Origin: Octopus sinensis
Lineage: Eukaryota
Reading direction: 5' to 3'
Assembly (NCBI RefSeq): GCF_006345805.1
Contig: NC_043002.1
Coordinates: 90,086,001 to 90,150,000 of the forward strand
Length of the DNA: 64,000 nucleotides
Shown: piece by piece, positions 49,195 through 61,188 of the stretch
Layout of the letters: each line of letters opens with the position of its first letter
Numbering within the stretch: position 1 is the stretch's first letter
Program-made: the position numbers and the translations under genes
Notes under the pieces: generated by a model
The model's input: only the letters and a program-made list of their open reading frames with translations
Told to the model about the DNA's origin: nothing
Databases searched by the model: none

Positions 49195-50490
49195 AGGGCT
49201 GTGACTACAGTGATATTGTATCCATAGAAAGTCTGGACTATAGTGGTTGTTTATACAGTGAGGCTGTCAGTGTAGTGACACTGTGATTGTAGTAATACTG
49301 TGAATGTAGTAAGGCAGCGAGCTGGCAGAAACGTTAGCACACCAGGTGAAATGCTTAGCGGTATTTCGGCTGTCTTTACGTTCTGAGTTCAAATTCCACC
49401 AAGGTCAACTTTGCCTTTCATCCTTTCAGGGTTGATTAAATAAGTACCAGTTACGCACTGGGGTCGCTATAATCGACTTAATCCTTTTGTCTGTCCTTGT
49501 TTGTCCTCTCTGCGTTTAGCTCCTTGTGGGTAGTAAAGAAATAGGTATTTCGTCTGTCTTTATGTTCTGAGTTCAAATTCTACCAAGGTCAACTTTGCCT
49601 TTCATCCTTTCAGGGTTGATTAAATAAGTACCAGTTACGCACTGGGGTCGATATAATCGACTTAATCTGTTTGTCCTCTCTGTGTTTAGCCCCTTGTGGG
49701 TAGTAAAGAAATAGGTATTTCGTTTGTCTTTATGTTTCAAGTTCAAATTCCACCAAGGTCAACTTTGCCTTTTATCCTTTCAAGGTCAATAAATAAAATA
49801 CCAGTTGCATACTGGAGTCAATGTAATCGACTGGCCCTCTCTTCCCAAATTTCGGGCTTTGTGCCTAGAGTAGAAGAAATTCTATAACAATCTTTAAAGG
49901 CGGCAAGATGGCCGATACATTAACACAATGGACGAAATGCTAAGCGGTATTTCGTCTGTCTTTATATTCTGAGTTCAAATTCCGCCAAGGTCAACTTTGC
50001 TTTTCATCCTTTTGGGGTGGATAAATTAAGTACCAGTTGCATGCTGGGGTCAATCTAATCGACTGCCCCTCCCAAAAAAATTTCGGGTTTTGTGCCTTGA
50101 GGAGAAAAGAATACTGTGAATGTAGTAATGTTGTGACAGTAGTGCACCTGTGACTAGTAATGCTGTGACTGTAATAAAGCTGTGACTAGTAAGGCTGTGA
50201 TTGTATTAAACTGTGATTGTAGTGAGGCTATGACTGTAGCAATGTTGTGACTGGAAATGCTGTGATTGTTTTGGGGCTGTGACTAGTTAAACTGTGACTG
50301 CAGTGTTTGCATACAATGAGGCTGTGATGATTGAGGTGTGACTACAGTGAGACTGTGACTGTAGCAAGACTGTGACTTCTGATTGTGACTGTAGTAAGGC
50401 TGTGACTTCTGATTGTGACTGCATTAGTCAGTCACTGTTGTGAGTCTGTAAGTGTAATGAGATTACAATAAGGCTGTAATTGTGGTGGCT
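49195..50490. repeat. degenerate ~17-bp minisatellite (GTGACTGTAGTAAGGCT) split by a SINE B array
   Basis: Units at 49195-49312 and 50110-50490. Confidence 0.8.
49313..50109 (+). mobile_element. SINE B composite array (trimer plus an alternative-tail monomer)
   Basis: Junctions at 49538 and 49708; flanked by the 19-bp direct repeat AATACTGTGAATGTAGTAA. Confidence 0.9.
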
Positions 50491-50599
50491 GTGTTAGTTT
50501 ATTAAGTTGGGTATATTTAACTATGTTGACTCTCACTAAATGTACATGGAATCAATTTACATTAAAGTGTTTTGTATAACTTATCTGATCTAGTATCTT

Positions 50600-51010
50600 T
50601 CTCCGGTACATGTGTGCTCACCTCTCTTTCTCTCTCTCTCTCTCTGCTCTCCTGAGACCATCTTCTACTATGTCTCTCCTTACCTCCCCCCACTGTGCAC
50701 CTTCTACTGCTACCTCTCTCCTAACCACATTCTCTTTCTCCTCTTTGTTTCTTCTCCTTACTACACTATGTACTGTTACTTCTCTTTTGACTTCTTTCTT
50801 ATACACACATCTATTGTTACCCTGTCCTCACCCTTCCTCCTTACACACAATTTACTCTTCTTCTCCTTTGCTCTATTTCTTATACCTCTCCTTACCACCT
50901 CTTCATTCCACACGATCTATGGTTACCTCTCCTTAACTCTCCTCCTCCTCCTTCCACACATTCTCTGGCTACCTCTCTTCACTTCTCTTTTATACTCACC
51001 TCCCTTTTTA
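50600..51010. repeat. pyrimidine-rich low-complexity tract
   Basis: Strong C/T skew on the + strand. Confidence 0.7.
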
Positions 51011-51779
51011 TATCAGAACTGGTAATTTTCTTGCTGACTTTGCTTTAAACATTTCCTAATTTCTTGCCGGTAAATTACACTCTTGTTTGCAATTTACTGG
51101 GATTATCATGTTCTATGGAATACAGACAGTAACACCATTTAACTTGGGATGGATTAGAAACGAGGTGCAGTTGAGAGGAAATGAATTCTTTAAACTCTTT
51201 AATTGCCAAACCATTTTGCTGTCATATTACTATATTTGGTGGAGCCAATCAAAGCTATTAGTTGTCAGTGGTTCATTCATTGGTCAGATAAAGCAGTAAC
51301 TAGGGTGATAATGAAGTCAATATTAGCTGTAACTGGCCAATGAAATTAGCTAAAATGAGATATTGTTAACATAATGAACTGCAGAGAGATATAGTTTCTT
51401 CACTGTTTATTGACTCTAACTGTGAATTTCTGACAATGTAAGCTTCAACTCGTCTGATTCTACTTGTTCAATTCTTCAGAATTCAAACATCAATATTCTA
51501 TCAATCCCAAACCAATGATTTTTTTTTTTACTTTTTCTTCTATTTTTTTTCATTGAAAAATTTTTTTATTATATTTTAGTATGTGCTGATTTCACAGAGA
51601 TAGTATTTTGTAAATTACAGAACTAAAGCAATATTCAAAGGCTGTGTGTGTGTGTGTATGGTTGTTTAGCCCTTGGTTAGCTCTTATTGAGTGGACTTTG
51701 ATCAAAAACATTGCAGCCGTGATAGCCCTCATCATTTATTCCATAATGAACTGTTTCTTTCCTTTTTAAAGATGGTTCT

Positions 51780-52150
51780 TTTACTTTTTACTTTTTTCAG
51801 TCATTGAACTATGCCCATGCTGGAACACTGCCTTGAAGGGTTTTAATTGAATGAATTGACCCTGGGACTTATTTTTTAAAAGTCTGCTACTTATTCTATT
51901 GGGCTCTTATACCGAACCACTAAGTTATGGGAACATAAACAAACCAACACTGGATGCCATGTGGTAGTGGAGGATAAACACAAGACAAACACAAAACACA
52001 CACACATGATGGGGTTTCTTTCAATTTTTGTCTGCTACATCCACTTGATGGGTCAGGGGCTATAGTAGAAGACACCTACTTGTATTATGCAGGTGCCATG
52101 CTATGGAATTGAACCTGAAACCATGTGATTAGGAAACCACTCCTGCTCCT
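51780..52150 (-). mobile_element. SINE family A, old
   Basis: Diverged head and tail. Confidence 0.8.
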
Positions 52151-52792
52151 ATGGGTATATAACTCAAGTGCAATTTGGCTGCTATTTCTAACAAAACATA
52201 TGACCACATAGAAGCTCAGTTGTTGCATGTGAAATAATGATATAAATGTGATAAATATGTGTGAACAAAAAATGGAAACCTACTTTTGTGATTGTTGCTT
52301 TAAGTATCAACCAAAAAAAACCCAACAAAAGTAAGAATTTGGCTTGTTAGTATTATTTACATTCTACTGGATGTAGGAATCTTTAGAATATGTACGAATA
52401 TTCCGAAATGTATGGCTTTATCTAAACAATATATTGATTGCTTTTCCACAAAAGGAAGAAGCTAGAGACTATTTATTCATACTCTCTGTTGTTAGCATTG
52501 CATGAATGGGACAGTATTACTGGAAATGGTATTATGGCAGATAGATGTGTTTTTTTGTTTTCTCCTTTTCTCCCAGCATAGACTGTTCTATGATAATATG
52601 GGTACTGGTACCTATTTTCCACTTCAGTAAACTGAAAAGTAAGTCAAGTACATGTTTCTTTGCCTTAGGACATTGCAAATAGAGTATCATATAAATAAAT
52701 AGCAGCTCTCTATCTTTTCATTAACGACAATGGACTGTTTTGAAGAAGGGTGATGAAGAAATAGGTTGGCAAAATACTATATATTATATTAA

Positions 52793-52824
<32 letters not shown>

Positions 52825-53288
52825 TGTTGGAAATTGGAGAAAGGGTACAGTGGAACACTTACTACAACAAATCATTGAGGGAGCCACAATATGATCGCTT
52901 TATTTGCTAGAAATAAGAACCAAATCTTTTTCAAGTTGTACTTCGTGAAAACTGAGGGGGCACATTGAATAATGTTGTCCTAGCTATGCATTGCTTATGG
53001 GAAGTGTTAGGATGATCATGACTCAAATCATAGGTTTGCTATGTCAGAAATGATCTGAGATTAAACAACAACAACAATAGCAACAACAACAATAGCAACA
53101 ACAACAATGAGGCATGAAGCTTTGAGTTCAAATTTTGTCAGTGTCCAACCATCAACATGCTGGGAACTGGGAATAAATTCTTTTATCCTATGGAAGTTGA
53201 CATTGTGTTTCATGAAATGGATTCATTAAAAGTCTTTAATGGACTGCTGTCTTGATATTATGTTAAAGCAATACTACAGTAAGACATA

Positions 53289-53583
53289 GTGGAGGCACAT
53301 GGTCTTGTGGTTAGAGCAGCAGACTCATGGTCGAGGGATCATGGGTTCGAATCTCAGACCGGGCGATGTGTGTATTTATGAGTGAACCACCTAAGTTCCA
53401 TGCGGCTCCAGCAGAAGGTAATGGTGAACTTCTGCTGACTCTTTTGCTACAACTTTCTCTCACTCTTTCCTCCTGCATCTTGCAGCTCGACTGCGGTGGA
53501 CCGGTGTCCCATCCAGGCGGGGAACCTATATGCCTGGGAAACTGGTCCTTATGAGCCAGGGATGGCTCGAGAAGGAACAAACA
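53289..53583 (+). mobile_element. tRNA-derived SINE family F
   Basis: GTGGTTAGAGC and GGTTCGAATC boxes; 5' half shared with family C; CTGCGGTGGACCGGTGTCCCATCCAGG block in the tail. Confidence 0.88.
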
Positions 53584-53656
53584 GTAAGAAATAAGACAGT
53601 GCTACTGTAAAAAAAAAAGAAAAGAAGAAAAGAACTATAGTACTACAGTAAGACAA

Positions 53657-53995
53657 TGTGAAGGCACATGGCTTAATAGTTTGAACACTGGGCTCAAAAT
53701 CATGAGGTAGTGAGTTTGATTCCTGGACTGGGCTATGTGATGTGTTCTTGAGCAAGACACTCTATTTCATGTTGATTCAGTTCACTCAGCTGTAGAAATG
53801 AGTTGCAATGTCACTGGTGTTAAGCTGTATCAGCCTTTGCCATAGCCTTGGATAACATAAGTCGTGTGGAGAGGGGAGGCTGGTATGCATGGGTGACTGC
53901 TGGTCTTCCACAAACAATCTTGCTTGAACTTGTGCCTCAGAGGGGAAAATTCTAGGAGCAATCTCATGGCCATTCATGATTGAAGTAGGTCTTCT
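53657..53995 (+). mobile_element. SINE family E
   Basis: Homologous to 32818-33149. Confidence 0.85.
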
Positions 53996-54839
53996 TTTTT
54001 ATTGGTATGATGACTAATGCTGTATGTCCATCACAATAATGCTGTGTAGGTGTATTTTGTTATGAAACAATGATCGGTGGTAAGTTCTCAAAGTGTGTCC
54101 AATCAGAATTAATGTCTTTAATTGTACAAATCAAGAGAATAGTAAATGTGAACTGATGTTGGACTGTAACCATAGTAACAATAAAAAGTTGGAGGGAATT
54201 TTTTATTTATTTGATAATTATTTGTGATTATCAATTATTAAGAATTAAGAGGAAGTACATATTTGATCAGAAACATATAAATGGCAGCATCTAAATTGTA
54301 TAATAATTAAATTGACTACATAAATCAATGGTGCTACTGCTGATGTTAATGATATATAGCTAATTACACTAAGTGTGATATAATACATAAATATAATGTG
54401 CTGTTACATTGTGAATCCTCATCACTTAAGTTGATAATTGATAATAAATTAATTAATATATTACAATTTAATTAATAAGCAGTACAAAGGCCCTGTAGCA
54501 TTGGTGGAGAGAATCCTTGGTTGAAATACAGATGGAACTCAATACCTGCCTGAGAGTGGATGCATTAAATTTAAAATAGATTGTTTTTGTTTAGTCCTAA
54601 GCCAGTTCTGATCAAACAAATGTATAGAGACATTCCAGCTATGACCAGCCGGTCTGTTTAGATATATTTAATACTATGTTGTCTAATGTGATCTTCCACA
54701 GTAAGTTGTGATATGAGAAAAATTTGGTTGCTACTTGTAGCAGGTGGAGTAACTAATTTAAGAATAAGAGCCTTTTTAGTATTAAGTGTGAAATGTAAGT
54801 TCATAAGAATTTGACTGAGTGAATTTTTGATTTTACATA

Positions 54840-55340
54840 TAGGTGTAAGCATGGCTATATGTGAAGAAATTTGCTTTTCAATCACATGGTTCTGAGTTCA
54901 GTTCCACTGAGTGGCACCTTGGGCAACTGTCTTCTACTATAACTCCAGGGGCGAATCCAAGCTTTGTGAGTGGGTTTGGGAGATGGAAACTTAAAAAAAC
55001 ATCTGTTGTGTGTATGTATACACACACATACGCACGCACGCATGCATGCACACACACACACATGCACGCACGCACACACACACACATATATCTGTATGTG
55101 TGTGTGTGTTATTTTGACAGTATGTGATAGTTGTAAATAAGTGTCACTGTCACACAAGCGGTGTCATTCATTTCAAATATTCTGTGAGAATATGTCTGGC
55201 CATGAGGAAGTATTACTTTGCTTGAAAACATGTGAGGGTTGGAAACAGGAAGGGCATCCAGCTGTAGAACATCTGCCTCAAATAAATTCTATCCAGTCTG
55301 TGCAAGCATAAAAAAATAGACGTTAAATGATGATGGTGAT
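54840..55340 (+). mobile_element. SINE with family A head and D-type tail
   Basis: A head, microsatellite, then AGGAAGGGCATCCAGCTGTAGAA...GACGTTAAATGATGATG. Confidence 0.8.
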
Positions 55341-56360
55341 GGTGATGTGATGATGATGATGAGGAGGAGGATGATATTCATGTGAAACTTACATTAAATT
55401 TCTATGGCTTTGCTATTAAACCATTGCTTTCGTACAGTTTTTAGAAACTTAGTAAATTATTTCAAATTTGTTAGGAGACAAAATTTATCACACAGTCAAG
55501 AGGTTTCCTCACCTCTAGTTCAGTTAGTTTCCCATTAATATACAGCAGATAGGTGGTACCTGTGATAAAGGTAAACCAATAAAAAGATGAAAGGCAGAAA
55601 TTGTTCAATCATCTCATGCATTATTCATAATCATTGATTGATAGTAAGAGACTGATGAACAGTGATTCAATGTTCTTAAATTCTCTCCTAGCAATGAAAC
55701 CATCGAAATGTGGTGTCATAAATTGCCCAAATGTTGCTAATTAAATAATTTGTAATTATATAAATTACTGTTGTTAAAAGTTCAAATTTCAAATTTAAAC
55801 TGTTTGTTGGTTAAAATACTACTTTTAACATTAAATACTTTTAACATTCAGTTTAAATATAACCAGACTTTGAAAGAATTCAGAACTTATTAACTTTACC
55901 TCTATTTTTATTTCCAGAAGAATAGATATTAGGTGCTTTCTAAATGGGTATATTGTTGAAATTTAGGTTGTGGTCAGTCATTCCATCTCTTTGTCATTTC
56001 CTCTGTGAAGTTCACAGTCTTAAATCTGTCTTCACCATTTTCTCTCTTGTCTTCTTACTCTTATGCAAGTTCCAGCCACATTAAGTGTCCAGCACATCAC
56101 ATATCCATACCAGTACAGACTTCTTTCTTGCATATTGCATCCGATTCCTCTTATTCCTGCTTTTTCTCTCAACACATTTGTACTGTGTCATTCACGCACA
56201 CTGACATTGCACATCAAATGGAGCATGTTACTGCATTTCTTTCCAGTCTTCTCCTGTCCTCTGCATTTAAGATCCATGTCTCAGTACTATACAGCATCAC
56301 AATTCTAACTTAAGCAGCATGCAATATGCCTTTCACTCTGAAGGAGAAAACCTTTGCTGG

Positions 56361-56470
56361 CATATCACGTTGAAAGCACCGGTTCTCATCCGATCACCGA
56401 AATTAAGCAACATTGAGCCTAGTCAGTACTTAGATGGGTGACTGCTTGGGAAACCTAGGTGCTGTAAGCG
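56361..56470 (+). pseudogene. 5S rRNA-derived sequence lacking the first ~9 nt
   Basis: CATATCACGTTGAAAGCACCGGTTCTCATCCGATCACCGAAATTAAGCAAC...AGTACTTAGATGGGTGACTGCTTGGGAA...GGTGCTGTAAGC is colinear with metazoan 5S rRNA. Confidence 0.92.
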
Positions 56471-56479
56471 TCACACATT

Positions 56480-56542
56480 TAAAGGCGGTGCTCCAGCATG
56501 GCCTCAGTCAAATGACTGAAACAAGTAAAAGAGTAAAAGAGA
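56480..56542 (+). mobile_element. SINE family A 3' tail fused to the 5S sequence
   Basis: TAAAGGCGGTGCTCCAGCATGGCC.CAGTCAAATGACTGAAACAAGTAAAAGAGTAAAAGAG. Confidence 0.92.
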
Positions 56543-57252
56543 TAAGTAGTAGAAGCTTCTTGAATGTTTTCCCACTTGTTCTTACCCTGACCACTAAGGT
56601 TTCAGTGCAACCACCACCTCTGCTAATTGCATCTCCAAGGTAACAAAAGCTATCAACTGCTTCTAATTGAGCTATTCATACATATTCAAACAATATATTT
56701 CTGTAGTGCTCATAGTATGTAATATGCTCTAATGGCTCTATGACATATGAAGTTTACCTTCTCTGTTATTCTACCTTTGATTCCACTACAGCTCTTGGTT
56801 TTCCATAGCTTACATTAGGTAAAATGCATGGAGTTTATATCTACTCTTTTTCTAAATACTGAGCAGGGCCATTTCCCTGAATACACTAGGATCTTGCTTT
56901 CTTTCCTACTTACCAGAATTCAATTCTTGCTAAGTTTACCATGAGGATTCTGAATTCTAAATTTTATTTACCTGTCTGGAATATCCGCTCTAGTTCCTGT
57001 ATAGATTTATCAATGAGGACTTGATCATCAGCATATAAGAGTTCCCATGGATACCCAGCCCTAAGCTCCTTTGTGATGGCCTGTATGAGTATAACGAATA
57101 AAACAAGCTAAAGAATGAACCTTGATGAACTCCTACTTGTATGTTAAATTTGTCACTGAAAGAACTGTATTCAATAAATTGAAATACGTTTACAGCAGAA
57201 GTAACCTTTTTACTGACTGAAGGCTTTAATTAATCAGTTATTATGTAACATC

Positions 57253-57500
57253 CTTTTTACTTGTTTCAGTCATTGGACTGTGGCCATGCTGGGGCACTGC
57301 CTTGTAGAATTTTAGTTGAATGAATTGACTCCAGTACATATTTTTTTAAGCCTGGCACTTATTCTATCGATATCTTTTTGCTGAACTGTACTGTCATAGA
57401 GATGTAAACACACCAGCACCAGTTGTCAAGTGATGGTGGGGGACAAACACAGACACAAACACACAGACAGACAGACAGACTGACACACACACACATCATG
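57253..57500 (-). mobile_element. SINE family A, 3' half
   Basis: Tail through to the microsatellite. Confidence 0.82.
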
Positions 57501-57610
57501 CACGCATGCATGTGGTATCTGCCTAGATAATATATCCCTCCAAATTCACTATTATATATATATATATATATATACATACACACACGCACACATATATATA
57601 TATATATATA

Positions 57611-57891
57611 CTAGCAGTATCGGCCGGCGTTGCTCGGGTTTGTAAGGGAAATAACTATATAAGCATTTTTAGAGAGTTACTTCCCTTATATAATAGCAAA
57701 AAAAATGCATTAAAAATGGGAAAAAAATGATGGTAATTTTTTTTTTAAATCGTAGACTCATCAGAAGGGCTCGATATGTATCACGACTATAAGATACCCG
57801 CTTTTGGTTAAACTGCACTGCAAAATGTGGGAGTAGTTAGGAATCTAAATCGTAGGAGACAGATGCACAACTTCACTTTTATATATAAAGA
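57611..57891 (-). mobile_element. non-autonomous Helitron, copy 3 (short form)
   Basis: Same termini; only one internal ~100-bp repeat; inserted in (TA)n. Confidence 0.85.
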
Positions 57892-57913
57892 TATATATAT
57901 ATATATATATGCA

Positions 57914-58792
57914 CAGGGTGTGGTGAATAAACTGTCGTTTAAATTACGTGAAAATGAAAATAACACTGACATCTCATTTTAAATATATTTACCAAAATTA
58001 CATACAAATATGTTGAGATACTAAAGAGTAACTTTATTCAAAAAATCACCATTACCTTCAACTACAGCCTCCAGATGACTTCAGAATCTCCTGCAGCTCT
58101 TCTGGATGGTCTCTTTGTTTAAGTTCATGAATGCTGCCATAATCCTTGCCTTCAGTTTATCTTTGGTGTTACAAGGAGTTTTGTTGATCTCTTGTTCAAC
58201 TGCACCCCACACATAATAATGAAGGGAGTTACAATCTGCGGAGTTAGGTGACCAGATGTTGGGAGTGATGTGATCCCAGAAATTGTCTGACAGCCATGCC
58301 TGGGTTCTTCTGCTTGTGTGGCATGGTGCAGAATCCTGTTGCCAGACACAGGGTCTTCCAGCAGCCATCCTCTTGACCCAGGGCAGCACTACCTCCTCCA
58401 GGCACTTCAAGTAGGCCTCGGTGATGTATGTGAGGCCGTGTGGGAAGATGAATGGAGGCATAGCATCATCATCACTAGTGACCACTCCAAACACCATGAT
58501 GTTGACTGGATGTTTTTATCACTGTTGGTACATGTCTTCAGACTACACTGTCCTCAGACTGACACCCAAACACTCTGAAATGTTTGTATTGGAGCTTTTG
58601 GCATGAATGCCAAGTAATACAGAATGTTGTTTCCAAATTTCTGGCAGAGTGAATTGCATCTTGGTGCTGTTTTTCTCACAGACGGTGCCCAACTGACCCT
58701 ACTATGCTATGTAGTCAACAAAATCACAAACAAACAATGTGCATGCTTGAAATTAAAAATATAAAATGGCGACAATTTACCTATCACCCCAC
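57914..58792 (-). mobile_element. Tc1/mariner DD37D (maT-like) element, internally deleted, copy 2
   Basis: ORF 58081-58497: WQQDSAPCH, then 37 residues, then H in place of the third D, followed by YYVWG; homologous to 13016-13874. Confidence 0.9.
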
Positions 58793-58802
58793 CTCTCTCT
58801 CT

Positions 58803-58851
<49 letters not shown>

Positions 58852-59189
58852 AGTGAAAAGTATTTCATTTATTGATGCCATGACAGGAGGGAAAACAATC
58901 AAGTATATTCAAGCCAATGAGGAAGCCTCTCAGTGGACATGTGACTTGCTATAAATAGCAACCAAATATACCCCCAAATCTCACCCTGCTGACTTGAAAT
59001 AGAAGGACACATATAATGTAGTCCTGGCTGCACCTTGCTTATAAAAAAGAGTTGTGATGGTCATGGCTGGAATGTCAATGATCTATCTGTGCTAACTTAG
59101 AGTTAAACAATAACTCCACAATATTGTTAATTGAGTCACTACAGAAATATTAGTTTCTAGTGAATGTCAACAATTACATTACTATGCTG

Positions 59190-59570
59190 TGTTAATTACA
59201 CTAAGTCATTAATTGTGTCACTTGTAAATAGGTTAATTACTTAAGTCAGCAACTGTGTCACTTGATGAAGATTGATTACTTTAGGTTGTTAACTGTATCA
59301 CTGGAAGAATTGTTTAGTGACTTTAGCTCGTTAACTGTGTCACTGGAAGAATATTTTAATGACTTTAGCTTGTTAACTGTGTTAATTACTTTAAGTTGTA
59401 AACTGTGTCACTAGGTTGTTACCTGTGTTACTAGTGAGAACGTTAATTACTTTGAACTGTGTTCATTACGTTCGGTCATTAACTGTATCATTTGAAGGTT
59501 AATTACCTAAGGTCATTGTGTTACATGTCCAAAGGTTAATTACTTCAAGCCATTAACCGTGTCATTTGTG
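59190..59570. repeat. degenerate ~40-bp minisatellite
   Basis: Recurrent GTTAATTACTTTAGG..GTTAACTGTGTCACT. Confidence 0.75.
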
Positions 59571-60399
59571 TCATCTATGAAATTTGATTTCCATAGTCAC
59601 AGAATGAACACTGTGTACAGCAATTCTGTCTACGTAATTAGCACTTATATATAATTAGTTGGGAAGTGAGGATTGAAATTAGCTTAATAAATGTGACTCG
59701 TAAAACCTTTTAGTGATTTATAGTTCTGGATTTGTTTTTCCAGTGTCTACATTAGACTAAAATAGCTACTAACATTATGCGAACCACATAATTTCAGCTA
59801 CGCAACATAGACTTACACAGTTGATATTGTTCTCTCCACCCACCACCACCACCATCACCACCACCACCATCACCACCACCACCACCACCACCACTGACCC
59901 ACAAAATTATCTCTTCTCATGCACAACACTACCTCTCTCCCAACTCTTGCAGCATTCCCCAACCACATAATTTCTCTCTTATCTCCACCCCCTATCAATT
60001 GTATCATCATTACTAACCTGTTGCCTTTTTCCTGCACTCCTCTGCATCCCTCTTCTTCCCCAGCTTGTGCGTCATTGGTCATCTCCATCCTTATAATGAC
60101 TCCATTCCCTATCCCATCTTCTCTTTCTATAAAGTTGATTTAATTTACTGTAATAGAATGTTTAATACACCTTAAATTCTTGGGCATGTGACACTGATGA
60201 GAGTCACTAGATCAAAATAGCAGCTATATATGAATGTTAAGGAGTCTATGATTTAAAGAAAAATGTAAAAGACAGAAAATTGAATTAAATAAATGCATCA
60301 AGATAATATAATTTCTTTCTTTCACTTCACTAATGAAAGCAAAAATAGATTTTTGCTAAGAATCTAAGAATCTTTCACTTGTCATAGGGAACAACCAAT

Positions 60400-60795
60400 C
60401 ATCTGAGAAGTTTACTTCTCAACCATGTGATTCAGGGTTCAATCCAAATGCATGGCACTCAGAGCAAGTGACTTCTACTATAGCTCTTTGTAGATGAAAA
60501 TTGAAAGAAGCCCATTGAATATGTTTGTATATATGCATGTGTATGTGTGTGTGTATGTGTGTGTGTGAGTGTGTGTGTGTGTGTGTACATGCATATTTGT
60601 GTTTGTCCCTCACCACTGCTTGACAATAGGTGTTGGTTTGTTTACGTCCCTGTAACATAGTGGTTTGGCAAAAGAGGCTGATACAATAAGTACCAGGCTT
60701 AACAAAAAAATCCTAAGAACTGGGGTCAATCTGTTCAGCTAAAGGTGATGCTCCAGCATGACTGCAGTCCAGTGACTGAAACAAGTAAAAGATAA
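60400..60795 (+). mobile_element. SINE family A, old
   Basis: Diverged head, microsatellite and tail. Confidence 0.8.
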
Positions 60796-61004
60796 AATAT
60801 TATTTCCTTTCTGTGATAGCATAAATCATTATAAGATGGTAAATTAGTGTAGCATTCTGTGAGAGACAGTTTAATTATAAATGTTTTAGCTCTAAAGCAC
60901 TGATAGATCATTGACAGCTCAATCAATAAACTGTAATTAGATCAATATCTTAGCAGATCTGTCTGTTATAGATCTATCATTGGCTAAAGTATTTCTTGCC
61001 AAAC

Positions 61005-61186
61005 ATATTATAATTTAACTAATTGACTCACATGAATTTTCTTAATTACTATTTAAAAGTGACAGTTTTACCAGTATGCCGTACATATTTGCCTGGCATC
61101 CATGTCCCAGTATTTTCCCAGTCTTCAGAGTTATCTCGGGACTCATGAAAGAAAAGCTTTATATTATTGAGAACGTATGAAACAAA
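61005..61186 (+). repeat. ~180-bp direct repeat, left copy
   Basis: Matches 62872-63048. Confidence 0.9.
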
Positions 61187-61188
61187 TA

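Larger units (their letters stand above)
55990..57160 (-). pseudogene. RTE-clade LINE reverse transcriptase remnant
   Basis: Minus strand VGVHQGS, GYPWELLYADDQVLI (YADD at 57024-57035), RVRTSGKTFKKLL and FRVKG...MLYSTETW. Confidence 0.88.

Noticed and set aside
56352-56470. Functional 5S rRNA gene
   Set aside because: The 5' end is missing, it has several substitutions, there is no oligo-T terminator directly after, and it is fused to a SINE tail inside a LINE
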